IMG/VR virus record: IMGVR_UViG_3300025430_000014
Coordinates: 1 to 30,681 of that record
DNA: 30,681 bases
Source of the DNA: a virus
Lineage: Duplodnaviria; Heunggongvirae; Uroviricota; Caudoviricetes
Direction: 5' to 3' (one strand)
Position numbers and translations under genes: made by a program. The notes beneath the pieces are model-generated. The model worked only from the letters and a program-made list of their open reading frames with translations. It searched no databases and had not been told where the DNA came from. Positions 1 to 9,178 of the stretch are shown here, piece after piece. How positions within the stretch are numbered: the stretch's first letter is position 1; every line of letters begins with the position of its first letter.

Positions 1-195
1 TCTTTCTTAAAGCCTATGCTAAACCAGTTTAGTTATTATATCAATGATGATATGATAGCTAAAGCTGTAGCAGATTTATTTAAATATCACAAGCATAGAG
101 TGAATTTAAAACATTATGCAATAATACTAAATGAAGACAAACCTTTGAAAGAAGAACTAACAGAGGACACAATTGATCAATTACAAACAATCTAA
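1..195 (+). CDS. C-terminal end of a gene truncated by the window edge; possibly rIIA-like from its position
   Basis: Frame 1 is open from position 1 to TAA at 193-195 (SFLKPMLNQF...DTIDQLQTI). The product is guessed only from its position upstream of an rIIB-like gene. Confidence 0.5.
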   Translation, partial: SFLKPMLNQFSYYINDDMIAKAVADLFKYHKHRVNLKHYAIILNEDKPLKEELTEDTIDQLQTI

Positions 196-206
196 AATTA
201 AAACAA

Positions 207-1754
207 ATGCTAAGTTTAAAATGGTTTAAGAGTGCTGTACAAAACAGTATAGAAAAAGTAGTAGAAAAGAAAATAGAACAATTAGAAAAAGAAGAGGGGG
301 AAAATATCCCCTCTTCTATTTACACATCTGAAAATATAGGAGCATGTGGTACAGGAGAATACATAAAGGTTGTATTAAAGCCTTATTTGAACATTAAAAT
401 GGTAAATGATGTACTAACTATTGTATTAGTTGATGGTGGTATATTAACCAAGAACAATGCTACAGCTGATGATTTTAATACAGCTAGAACTGCTACAACA
501 GAACAACAACTATTTGCCTTAGTTGCTTCTCCAGAAATAAGAGATGAAAGACGTAAAGAAGAAGCTGAATATGAGAAAGCTAGTGCTATTAAGAATGGTG
601 TAGAATATCTAAATAAGCTAGATGATTTTGAAATGAAAGATGGTTCTTTGTATCTAAAAGGTATTAGCAGAAGCATTCCTCCTCTAATGGTAGAAGAATT
701 CTTACAAATCGTTGGTCGTTATCCATTTGTTGGAACAATATCTAAAGATGAAGTGAGTATGTTGCTTGAAGAAGATGAAGAATATCAAGCTCTTAAGAGG
801 TTCTTTATGTGGTGTTGCTTAAATCCTAGAGCTGAAGTGGCTGATAAATTGTATAACTTCTTAAAGAAGAATGCATTTAAAATCACTAAGCAAGGATTCT
901 TTGCTGCTCTTAGAAATGTTGTTACAGTGCATGGATCTAATGAACTAGTTCACTTTATAAGTAATGCTTATAATAAAGTGAAAGCTGTATGGAAGAAGAA
1001 ACCAGATGAATATCATGTATTCCTAGACAATGGTGAATACAAAATGGTTCATGGAGATGCTATGTATAAAAAAGAAACATGTACATGTTCTTATTGTGAT
1101 GGTACAGGAACTATTCCTAAGTATGATGAAGAATATGATGATAGTGAAGAGTGTCCAGAATGTGATGGTTCTGGTGAATATGAAGATATGGTTCTTGCAG
1201 TTAAAGGTGAGAACCTTGGTAACTTGACTGAGCTTTATCTTGATCTTCCTAATAGAGCAGAGAATAGATTCACAGATGCTTATAGTAGAACATTTGATAT
1301 TCGCATTGGTAAAGCTGTAAACATGGACCCAGACAAGTGTCGTTGGAACACTGATGATTGTGGTGCTGAAGGTTTACATTTCACTAGTGATGAAATTCAC
1401 TATGTAGGATGTGGAGACACTTCTGTACTTGTGCTCATTAATCCAATGAAGGTGGTGGGAATTGGTGAATCTAAAGGCAGATGTTGGGAATATTTACCAA
1501 TTATGACTGTTCCACGTGATGAAGCAACTAGTATATTACATGATCTTGACTTTGATATTCTAGAGCTAGATGAATCTTATGCTGTACGTGAGTTAGAAAA
1601 TCTTGCTGAAAAAGCTACATTAGGTTTTGTAACAGAAGCTACTAAGTATGAATTCAATCTTCCAGCAATTTCCACTGCTGAAATAAAAGCTATCGTTAAG
1701 AATCTCGATGAAATTAATGAACAAATTTCTAAGAGAATCGTAAAAATTGATTAA
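207..1754 (+). CDS. rIIB: rIIB-like protein with an inserted CxxCxGxG zinc finger
   Basis: Segments KITKQGFFAALRNV, TFDIRIGKAVNMD and DCGAEGLHF resemble the RIIB C-terminal domain. Contains CSYCDGTG and CPECDGSG. Confidence 0.6.
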   Translation: MLSLKWFKSAVQNSIEKVVEKKIEQLEKEEGENIPSSIYTSENIGACGTGEYIKVVLKPYLNIKMVNDVLTIVLVDGGILTKNNATADDFNTARTATTEQQLFALVASPEIRDERRKEEAEYEKASAIKNGVEYLNKLDDFEMKDGSLYLKGISRSIPPLMVEEFLQIVGRYPFVGTISKDEVSMLLEEDEEYQALKRFFMWCCLNPRAEVADKLYNFLKKNAFKITKQGFFAALRNVVTVHGSNELVHFISNAYNKVKAVWKKKPDEYHVFLDNGEYKMVHGDAMYKKETCTCSYCDGTGTIPKYDEEYDDSEECPECDGSGEYEDMVLAVKGENLGNLTELYLDLPNRAENRFTDAYSRTFDIRIGKAVNMDPDKCRWNTDDCGAEGLHFTSDEIHYVGCGDTSVLVLINPMKVVGIGESKGRCWEYLPIMTVPRDEATSILHDLDFDILELDESYAVRELENLAEKATLGFVTEATKYEFNLPAISTAEIKAIVKNLDEINEQISKRIVKID

Positions 1755-1759
1755 ATTTG
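1752..1759 (+). promoter_or_regulatory. Bacteroidota sigma70-type -7 element (TAAATTTG)
   Basis: Exact TAnnTTTG match ending 6 nt before the tRNA-like element; the -33 element is poor. Confidence 0.5.
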
Positions 1760-1764
1760 TATCA

Positions 1765-1837
1765 GCCTAGGGTAGCTTAAATCAGAAAAGCCCTTGATTG
1801 TATATTGGAGATGTAGGTGCAAATCCTTCTCCTAGGT
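1765..1837 (+). ncRNA. Degenerate tRNA-like element; anticodon ambiguous (TGT/Thr or GTA/Tyr)
   Basis: Acceptor stem (G)CCTAGGG/TCCTAGG(T), T8-A9, D stem GCTT/AAGC, T arm GTAGG-TGCAAAT-CCTTC, variable loop AGAT. The anticodon stem pairs poorly, the D loop lacks GG, and CCA is not encoded. Confidence 0.6.
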
Positions 1838-1848
1838 TTATTTTTATT

Positions 1849-2256
1849 ATGAGAAAGAAATCAATAAAGAAGAAAGCTGTTCCAAAGCCTAGAGTGGTTA
1901 AAACTAGAAATGCAGGTACATTAACAGAATCAGGATTCTGGAGCTTTATAAGAAGTGCATTGAGACAAAAGAGTAGATGGTGGAAACCAATTACACAATG
2001 TAAAATGGAAGCACGTAGAGCATATAAAGGTGCTAATAAACGTCAGAAGTTTGAATATCAATGTAATGAATGTAAAGGATGGTTTCCTGATAAACTGATT
2101 AATGTAGACCATATAGTTCCTGCTGGTAGCTTAAATTGTGCAGAAGATCTTCCAGGGTTTGTAGAAAGACTATTTATAGAAAATGAGGGGCTTCAAGTAC
2201 TTTGTTCAAGTTGTCATGACAAAAAGACAGCATTAGAAAGAGAAAACAAATCATAA
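1849..2256 (+). CDS. HNH endonuclease
   Basis: CNEC...NVDHIVP...LQVLCSSCHDKKT motif. Start moved to ATG 1849 because the upstream extension overlaps the tRNA-like element. Confidence 0.85.
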   Translation: MRKKSIKKKAVPKPRVVKTRNAGTLTESGFWSFIRSALRQKSRWWKPITQCKMEARRAYKGANKRQKFEYQCNECKGWFPDKLINVDHIVPAGSLNCAEDLPGFVERLFIENEGLQVLCSSCHDKKTALERENKS

Positions 2257-2374
2257 AATATTTGGTAGTTTGCTCTTTTCTTGTTATAGAGGTGCTATTA
2301 GAAACTGTTTAGTTGGACTAGCTAAAACAGCAGGAGGATTTATTTGGAAATATTAAAACTAAATCAGACAAGCA

Positions 2375-2653
2375 ATGAAAGATGAAGAGAAAATAGAACT
2401 TTCTATTAATACAAAACCTTCTTTTACAGAGACATGGTATGAAGGACATGTTACATATTTAGGAGAAGAACATAAGTTCTGGTTGATACATCCTGATGGT
2501 GTAGATCCTAATAATAATGAGTATGAACTAGACATAAGATGGTTCTTTGCTAGAGTTCCTAGAGAAATCAGAGGATTATATCCACAAATTATTTCAGCAT
2601 TTAAACAAAAACAAAATGATACAAGGAACAACAAAGACAGAAGCTCATTATAG
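2375..2653 (+). CDS. Hypothetical protein
   Basis: 92-aa ATG ORF, co-oriented with and overlapping the next gene. Confidence 0.6.
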   Translation: MKDEEKIELSINTKPSFTETWYEGHVTYLGEEHKFWLIHPDGVDPNNNEYELDIRWFFARVPREIRGLYPQIISAFKQKQNDTRNNKDRSSL

Positions 2654-3653
2654 AGCTATAATAATGGATAGTTCATCAAGCTTAAAGGAATTCTCCACTA
2701 ATAGAAGAAAGTATCATAAGAGATATATTCTTAATGAGAAGGTGGAAGAAGAAGATAGTAAAGCCTCTGTAATGGGTAGACTTGTAGAAACATTACTTAT
2801 GGAAGAACATTTGTTCGATAAGAAGTTTCACATGTCTATTGTTACAAATGCTCCAACAGCACTTATGTTAGATTTTGTAGAGGCTCTATATAAACATACA
2901 TTAGCAGCTACAGATGAGAATGGTGCAATTAGTAGAACATTTGAAGAAATAGCTATAGATGCACATAAAGATTCTGGATTCAAGATTAAACTTGATGCTG
3001 TTCTTGCTAAGTTTATAGGAAGTGATGCTGAAGTGTATTATAAGGAGATTAGAGAGGTGAGAAGTAAAGGATTGACAGTTGTTACCACTGATGATGTTAC
3101 ACAAGCTAATAGAATCGTAGAGACTCTTAAGACTAATGATGCCACTGCTCCTATTGTAAACCTTGTAGAAAGTGATAGATTTAATATTTATAATCAATTA
3201 CAAATAGAAGGATATACAGTGTTAGGTCATACATTTAAAAGTATGATGGATAAGGTGGTGATAGATCATAAAGAGAAAACTATTCAAGTGTACGATCTTA
3301 AATGTACTTGGTCTGTAGAGAATTTCTATGAAGAGTATTATCTATATAGAAGAAGCTACATTCAAGCATATTTATATTTTGAAGGTGCAAAGCAATCTTT
3401 TGCTGATCTAACTGATTACACTGTTCTCTATCCTAAGTTTATTGTTTGTGACAGTACAAACTATATGCGTCCATTAATCTATGAAATGACTGACACCTCT
3501 ATGGATCATGCATTCAGCGGATTTACACATAGAGGACGTGAATATCCAGGTGTTAAGAAGATCATTAAGGATTTACAATGGGCTATTAAAAATGATACAT
3601 GGGATGTATCTAGAGAAAATAGTATTGCTAACAGTGTGGTAAAAATAAATTAA
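2616..3653 (+). CDS. PD-(D/E)XK exonuclease (RecE/ExoVIII-like)
   Basis: SSSSLKEF at the N-terminus, FKSMMDKVVID...VYDLKCT catalytic motifs and YIQAYLY motif. Start set at ATG 2616 after an A-rich leader. Confidence 0.75.
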   Translation: MIQGTTKTEAHYRAIIMDSSSSLKEFSTNRRKYHKRYILNEKVEEEDSKASVMGRLVETLLMEEHLFDKKFHMSIVTNAPTALMLDFVEALYKHTLAATDENGAISRTFEEIAIDAHKDSGFKIKLDAVLAKFIGSDAEVYYKEIREVRSKGLTVVTTDDVTQANRIVETLKTNDATAPIVNLVESDRFNIYNQLQIEGYTVLGHTFKSMMDKVVIDHKEKTIQVYDLKCTWSVENFYEEYYLYRRSYIQAYLYFEGAKQSFADLTDYTVLYPKFIVCDSTNYMRPLIYEMTDTSMDHAFSGFTHRGREYPGVKKIIKDLQWAIKNDTWDVSRENSIANSVVKIN

Positions 3654-4204
3654 TGGAAGTAAAAAAGACAATCACTAGTATATTCATTGTTCCTACGCTT
3701 GGTATTGCAAAAGAGAAGCTTATAGACAATGGGTATATTAATGGATATATTAAGGATGAAAGAAAGGATGTACAGTATGAAAATGCTGTATATCTTCTCT
3801 TTAAGCCTGCTGATTTATATAAATTCAAAAGCTTTTTAGATACAGAGTATGAACGTACAAAGTCTATAGTTGATGATTATGATTATGAAGATGGGTATGT
3901 TGTAATAGTTTATACACTCAACAAAAGATTGGATGATGACATTGCTCTAATTAAAGCAGGTAAATATTCCCAAACTTCTAGTAAATTTCAAGGTATATTC
4001 CCTAAACTAGTCAAATTAAAGAGAAATGGATTGCATAAGGATGAAATAAGCATTCAATATCGCATCTTTAATAAGACAGAAGACCTACGTCAATATTGGG
4101 AAGATAAACTTGGGGTGGATTTTGAAGATGATTGGGAAGTATGGGATGGATTTAATGAAGAAGCAGAATCTCTTAACCTCGATAAACTTAAAGAAAATGT
4201 ATAA
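3653..4204 (+). CDS. Hypothetical protein
   Basis: 183-aa ORF with TAATG coupling to the upstream gene. Confidence 0.75.
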   Translation: MEVKKTITSIFIVPTLGIAKEKLIDNGYINGYIKDERKDVQYENAVYLLFKPADLYKFKSFLDTEYERTKSIVDDYDYEDGYVVIVYTLNKRLDDDIALIKAGKYSQTSSKFQGIFPKLVKLKRNGLHKDEISIQYRIFNKTEDLRQYWEDKLGVDFEDDWEVWDGFNEEAESLNLDKLKENV

Positions 4205-4415
4205 TAAAGAACTATTAGAACAGTTATTGAAAGAGTTTGGCTTAACCAATACAATTATATTCTGCAAAATGGAAGCAGCAAAGAATGACATCCTATACAA
4301 AGATTGTGTAGGAAAAGGAGATGATGAGTGTGTAGAATATGATTTTGAAAGAGACTGGTGGAAAAGCCAGCTTAAACAATTAGATTTTGAATTAAAAGCA
4401 CGTATAATCAATTAA
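4197..4415 (+). CDS. Hypothetical protein
   Basis: ATG at 4197 overlaps the upstream stop (ATGTATAA); 72 aa. Confidence 0.6.
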   Translation: MYNKELLEQLLKEFGLTNTIIFCKMEAAKNDILYKDCVGKGDDECVEYDFERDWWKSQLKQLDFELKARIIN

Positions 4416-4417
4416 TT

Positions 4418-4801
4418 ATGACAGGACAAGAATTATTAGAAACCTATCCAAAAGCAGCTGGAGTAGTTAAAAAGTTCTATTTAAATCAGCTAATGGACTC
4501 TCTACAAGATGATAGCATTAGTCCTGAATACAGAGACTCAATTAAAGCACAAGAGTCCTATTTTGGTAATGATATTATTGCAAATTTTATTGATGTTTCT
4601 CCTAGAGGATTATTCGATGTATTTGATGATAATAAAGTGTATATAGAAATACTTGTAGATTATAAGGATGGTGTAATATTTACATACACTGTCAGAGATC
4701 TTGGTGAAATGTACACAGAACCAATTAAGTACAATGTAAGAAAAGAAGCTGAAGCAGTTGCTGTAGAACAAGCATTTAAATTATTAAATGATAAACTATG
4801 A
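4418..4801 (+). CDS. Hypothetical protein
   Basis: 127-aa ORF tightly packed in the operon. Confidence 0.7.
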   Translation: MTGQELLETYPKAAGVVKKFYLNQLMDSLQDDSISPEYRDSIKAQESYFGNDIIANFIDVSPRGLFDVFDDNKVYIEILVDYKDGVIFTYTVRDLGEMYTEPIKYNVRKEAEAVAVEQAFKLLNDKL

Positions 4802-5091
4802 GAAAAATAACAAGGGATGCATATGATGCATTTCAAGCAAAGAAAAGATTTAAAAAAGATAATACAGAAGTGAAGGTATTTAATGGGGAGTCTCATTTAT
4901 ATCTATTTGGTAATGAAATAGTTAAGACAGATAAGGGTGATGTATGGATTTCAGATGGTAGATATCGTCCTAGCAAGACCACTTCAGAAAGATTAAGTGC
5001 ATTCGTATACATTAGAGTTAATAACGGACACTTTATTATTAACAATCAACTTAGATGGGATGGTCGTTGGTTAAATATCTCAAAATTATGA
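4798..5091 (+). CDS. Hypothetical protein
   Basis: 97 aa with ATGA overlaps at both ends. Confidence 0.7.
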   Translation: MRKITRDAYDAFQAKKRFKKDNTEVKVFNGESHLYLFGNEIVKTDKGDVWISDGRYRPSKTTSERLSAFVYIRVNNGHFIINNQLRWDGRWLNISKL

Positions 5092-5339
5092 TAGATGAAA
5101 TAGTAGAAGTGGTTGTAAAGAAGTTCTACACTAGAAGTAATGTAGGAATTACTAAATACAACACCACATTAAAAGAAAACAATAAGGATAACTTTCTTAA
5201 TCATCTACAGGAAGAGTTAATGGATGCCACTTTATATCTGCAGAAGCTTATGGATCTAGATATGGAATTAACTAAATTGGTTAATCAACATTCAAATGAT
5301 GCAGAATTAGGAATGGCAATAAGGAAAATGGTTAGTTAG
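5088..5339 (+). CDS. MazG-like (all-alpha) NTP pyrophosphohydrolase
   Basis: RSNVGITKYNTTL...LNHLQEELMDATLYLQK: the EExxD motif is typical of this fold. ATGA-coupled start at 5088. Confidence 0.6.
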   Translation: MIDEIVEVVVKKFYTRSNVGITKYNTTLKENNKDNFLNHLQEELMDATLYLQKLMDLDMELTKLVNQHSNDAELGMAIRKMVS

Positions 5340-5423
5340 AATTTTATAAAACACTTGGTTTATAACAAGGGGTGTTGTAAATTTACACCCCCCCCTTATT
5401 ATATAACTAAAAAACAAACATTT

Positions 5424-7355
5424 ATGGATTTAGGACTGGAAGCATTGAGTAACATTACAATTTTTAGTAAATACGCAAAATATTTACCAGAATTGAAAAG
5501 AAGAGAAACCTGGGATGAGATAGTGGATAGGTATGAAAGTATGATGATCAAAAAGTATCCTAAATTAGAAATTGCTATAAAGCAAAGTTCACAGTTTATA
5601 AGGGAGAAAAAGGTGTTACCATCTATGAGAGCTCTGCAATTTGCAGGAGTGGCAGCTGAAGTGAATAATTCACGCATATACAACTGCTGTTTCCTACCAA
5701 TTGATAGCTTACATAGCTTTAGTGAGACAATGTTCTTATTACTAGGAGGTACAGGAGTGGGATATTCTGTTCAGAAGCATCATGTTGACCAACTACCCAC
5801 TATTAAGAGAAAAGAAACTCACAAGAACAGAAACTGGCTTATTGAAGATTCTATCATGGGATGGGCAGATGCTATCAAAGTGTTGATGAAGTTCTATTTT
5901 GAAGGTGGTGCAAAGCCTAAGTTTGATTTTAGAGCCATTAGACACAAAGGAGCAAGACTAGTTACAGCTGGAGGTAAAGCTCCTGGTCCAGAACCTCTTA
6001 AAATATGTCTTATGCATGTAGATGCTATAATGGAACGTAAAGAGAATGGATCTAAGCTTACACCATTAGAATGCCATGATATATTATGTCATATTGCTAA
6101 TAGTGTTCTTGCAGGTGGAATTAGAAGAAGTGCAATGATTGCTTTGTTTTCTTATGATGATGAAGAAATGATCACTTCTAAGTATGGTAATTGGTGGGAA
6201 TTGAATGAACAAAGAGGTAGAGCTAACAATTCAGCTGTTCTTGAGAGAGGAGTTGTTACACAACATGAGTTTAATTCTCTATGGGAAAGGATTGAAGCAA
6301 GTGGATCTGGTGAACCTGGAATCTATTGGACTAACAATAAAGATTGGGGTACTAATCCATGTTGTGAAATTGCTTTACGTCCTTATCAATTCTGTAATTT
6401 ATGTGATGTAAATGTTAGCGATATAGAAGATCAAGAAGATCTAAACAATCGTGTAGCTGTTGCAGCTTTCTTTGGTACATTACAAGCAGGATTCTTTAAC
6501 TTTCATTATTTAAGAGATGTATGGCAGAAAACCACTGAAAAAGATGCTTTATTAGGTGTTGGTATGACTGGTATAGCTTCTGGTGAGATTTTGAAATACA
6601 ACTTGGAATATGCTGCTAATACAGCTATGACAGTTAATAGAGACATCTCTGCTCTTATAGGAACTAATGAAGCAGCTAGAATCACATGTATTAAGCCTTC
6701 TGGGACCACTAGTCTTGTATTGGGTACTAGTTCAGGAATTCATGCTTGGCATGCTCCTTATTACCTGAGAACAATGAGGTTCAATAAGAATGAAGACATT
6801 GCTATGTATCTAGAGATAAATCATCCAGAACTATGTGAAGATGATGTACTTAGACCAAAAGATACATTATGTGTAAGAATTCCTGTTAAAGCTCCAGAAG
6901 GATCTATATTCAGAACAGAGACAGCAATTGATACATTAGAGAGAGTTAAGAAGTTCTCTACAGAATGGATTAAACCAGGACACATCAAAGGAGATAACAC
7001 ACATAATGTAAGTGCTACAATTTCTATTGATAAAAATAGAATATACACTTCTATTGACATGTCTGATGGTAAAGGAAATCAGATTACATTATCAGAACAA
7101 GGTTGGTTAGATGAATGGAAAGCTGTAGGACTTTGGATGTGGGAGAATAGAGATGTATACAATGGCTTGTCAGTTTTGAATTATGATGGAGGGAGTTATG
7201 TTCAGGCACCTTTTGAAGATATTACAGAAGATCAATATAATGCACTAATTGGTACATTAAAATCTATAAATCTCATTAAGGTGATGGAACTAGATGATAA
7301 TGTTGAATTTTCCCAAATAGCCAGTTGTGCTGGAGGAGCTTGTGAAATAGTATAA
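5424..7355 (+). CDS. nrdJ: Class II (B12-dependent) ribonucleotide reductase
   Basis: YNCCF, GTNPCCEIAL, TCIKPSGTTS and C-terminal CAGGACEIV. No beta subunit gene nearby. Start set at ATG 5424. Confidence 0.93.
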   Translation: MDLGLEALSNITIFSKYAKYLPELKRRETWDEIVDRYESMMIKKYPKLEIAIKQSSQFIREKKVLPSMRALQFAGVAAEVNNSRIYNCCFLPIDSLHSFSETMFLLLGGTGVGYSVQKHHVDQLPTIKRKETHKNRNWLIEDSIMGWADAIKVLMKFYFEGGAKPKFDFRAIRHKGARLVTAGGKAPGPEPLKICLMHVDAIMERKENGSKLTPLECHDILCHIANSVLAGGIRRSAMIALFSYDDEEMITSKYGNWWELNEQRGRANNSAVLERGVVTQHEFNSLWERIEASGSGEPGIYWTNNKDWGTNPCCEIALRPYQFCNLCDVNVSDIEDQEDLNNRVAVAAFFGTLQAGFFNFHYLRDVWQKTTEKDALLGVGMTGIASGEILKYNLEYAANTAMTVNRDISALIGTNEAARITCIKPSGTTSLVLGTSSGIHAWHAPYYLRTMRFNKNEDIAMYLEINHPELCEDDVLRPKDTLCVRIPVKAPEGSIFRTETAIDTLERVKKFSTEWIKPGHIKGDNTHNVSATISIDKNRIYTSIDMSDGKGNQITLSEQGWLDEWKAVGLWMWENRDVYNGLSVLNYDGGSYVQAPFEDITEDQYNALIGTLKSINLIKVMELDDNVEFSQIASCAGGACEIV

Positions 7356-7366
7356 AACTTAAATAT

Positions 7367-7555
7367 ATGGAAGAAAAGAAAGATTTTGTTAAAGGTGTAG
7401 ATTATTATCTAGAGAATGGATATGTTATTTTTACAGAGAAGAATCTCAAAGAGAAAGGAGAATGTTGTGGCAATAAATGTAGACATTGCCCATATGATCC
7501 TTTTAATGTAAGAGGTACTACCACTGTGAAAAATAACGATACTCACACCTCGTAA
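7367..7555 (+). CDS. DUF5522-like small Cys-rich protein
   Basis: DYYLENGYVIFTE...GECCGNKCRHCPY. Confidence 0.75.
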   Translation: MEEKKDFVKGVDYYLENGYVIFTEKNLKEKGECCGNKCRHCPYDPFNVRGTTTVKNNDTHTS

Positions 7556-7580
7556 ATTCATTTTGTTTTGATTTTGATTT

Positions 7581-7612
7581 CCCCTGGTGTTTCTACATTA
7601 GGGGTTTTTTTT
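7581..7612 (+). terminator. Rho-independent terminator
   Basis: CCCCTGGTGT-TTCT-ACATTAGGGG stem-loop followed by T8. Confidence 0.85.
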
Positions 7613-7621
7613 ATTTTAAAA

Positions 7622-7650
7622 TGTCACAAAAAAAGAGTAAATTTGTGACA
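7622..7650 (+). promoter_or_regulatory. recA promoter -7 element (TAAATTTG, 7638-7645) inside a 9-bp inverted repeat
   Basis: TGTCACAAA-N11-TTTGTGACA, located between a terminator and the recA start. Confidence 0.55.
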
Positions 7651-7666
7651 ATAAAACAACTAAATT

Positions 7667-8695
7667 ATGGCTAAGGCAATCAAGTCTCAAGAAGGCAATT
7701 CTAAGTTCCAAGAAGCATTAGATAAGTTAAATAAAACTTATGGTGCTGGAACAGTTTTAACATTAGATTCTAAAACAAGTGGTAATTATGATGCAATCAG
7801 TACAGGAAGTATTGGATTTGATCATATTACATTAGGTACAGGTGGATTTGTAGCAGGTAAGATGTATGAGTTGATGGGTTGGGAAGGCTCTGGTAAATCT
7901 ACTATTTGTGGACATGCTGTAGCTGAGTGTCAGAAGAAAGGAGGAGTGGCATTATATATCGATGGTGAGCATGCTGTAGATAAGAAATACTTTGAAGCAA
8001 TTGGTGTAGACACTACTAAGATGTTAATTGCTCAACCAAGTTCTGGTGAAGAAGGTTTTCAAATTGCTATGGATATGATTAACACTGGAGATATTAATCT
8101 AGTGATTATTGATAGTGATAGCTCATTGATTCCTAAGAAGGTGTTAGATGGTGATGTTGGAGATAGCTCTATTGGTAAGAAAGCTTTGTTAAATAGTAAT
8201 GCATATCCAAAGCTTAAATCTGCTCTATCTGAACATAATGTTTGTGTTATTGTAATTAGTCAATATAGAGAGAAGATAGGTATGATGTTTGGTAATCCAA
8301 CAACCACTCAGGGTGGACATGCTTTGAAATTTTACACTGATGTAAGGATTGAGGTGAGTAAGAGTTTAGGTAAGGATGGAGATGTTAATTATGGTAATAT
8401 CACTAAGGTGAAAGCTACTAAAAATAAAATGTCTGCTCCTTATAGACTACATTCATTTGATATCATTTATGGCCAGGGTATTGATAAAATAGGAGAAGTT
8501 ATGGAACTTCTTAATGAATTCAATCTAGGTAGAAAATATGGTAAGACCATGACATTTAATGATGTGAAGTATGATCTTGATGAATTCAAAGCAATGGTGT
8601 TAGATAATGAAGATTTCTATAATGAGATAAAACAAAGTATTATTAACAAAATTAATCAAACAGAAGTTAAAACAGAAGAAAATGTTGAAGATTAA
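7667..8695 (+). CDS. recA: RecA/UvsX-type recombinase
   Basis: Walker A GWEGSGKST, YIDGEHAVD, SQYREKIGMMFGNPTTTQGGHALKFY. Confidence 0.95.
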   Translation: MAKAIKSQEGNSKFQEALDKLNKTYGAGTVLTLDSKTSGNYDAISTGSIGFDHITLGTGGFVAGKMYELMGWEGSGKSTICGHAVAECQKKGGVALYIDGEHAVDKKYFEAIGVDTTKMLIAQPSSGEEGFQIAMDMINTGDINLVIIDSDSSLIPKKVLDGDVGDSSIGKKALLNSNAYPKLKSALSEHNVCVIVISQYREKIGMMFGNPTTTQGGHALKFYTDVRIEVSKSLGKDGDVNYGNITKVKATKNKMSAPYRLHSFDIIYGQGIDKIGEVMELLNEFNLGRKYGKTMTFNDVKYDLDEFKAMVLDNEDFYNEIKQSIINKINQTEVKTEENVED

Positions 8696-8721
8696 CAATT
8701 AATTAAATCAAAAAGAACAAT

Positions 8722-9162
8722 ATGGAAGTAAAAATTAAAAAACTTCATAAAGATGCAAAAATTCCAACTTATGCACAGTATGGGGATGCAGGATTAGATT
8801 TATCTGCAGTTAATATAAGCTATCAAGATGATTATATTTCATATAAAACAGGACTTGCGTTTGAGATTCCTAGTGGTTATGTAGGATTATTATTTCCTAG
8901 AAGTAGTAATAGTAATAAAGATCTAATTTTATGTAATTCTGTAGGAGTATTAGACTCAGGATATAGAGGAGAAGTAGAATTTAGATATAAGTTAGTTTAT
9001 AATGGAGGAGCTTCAAGAGGATTACAACATATATATTCTATTGGAGATCGAGTTGGGCAAATTGTTATCATTCCTTACCCACAAATAACTTTTATTGAAG
9101 AAAAAGAATTAGAAGATTCTGAAAGAAGTACTAATGGTTTTGGAAGTACAGGACTTAAATAA
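8722..9162 (+). CDS. dut: Trimeric dUTPase
   Basis: AGLDL, FPRSS, GVLDSGYRGE, RVGQ and RSTNGFGSTG motifs. Confidence 0.95.
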   Translation: MEVKIKKLHKDAKIPTYAQYGDAGLDLSAVNISYQDDYISYKTGLAFEIPSGYVGLLFPRSSNSNKDLILCNSVGVLDSGYRGEVEFRYKLVYNGGASRGLQHIYSIGDRVGQIVIIPYPQITFIEEKELEDSERSTNGFGSTGLK

Positions 9163-9178
9163 AAATTAAAAAGTAATT

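Noticed and set aside
1798-1848. Upstream extensions of ORF-track starts (1798, 2547, 4110, 5055, 5355, 12674, 14663, 21365, 21415)
   Set aside because: They overlap RNA elements, promoters or neighbouring genes; downstream ATGs with A-rich leaders or coupling fit better.
2257-2374. Possible TAG-readthrough ORF or hairpin in a 118-bp gap
   Set aside because: One frame would open if TAG were recoded, but it lacks a start codon. TAG acts as a normal stop elsewhere (5337-5339, 28983-28985) and long genes contain no internal TAG. The hairpin is bulged and AT-rich.
5340-5423. Cobalamin riboswitch or NrdR box before nrdJ
   Set aside because: The 84-bp gap is too short for a riboswitch, and I see no convincing NrdR-box match.
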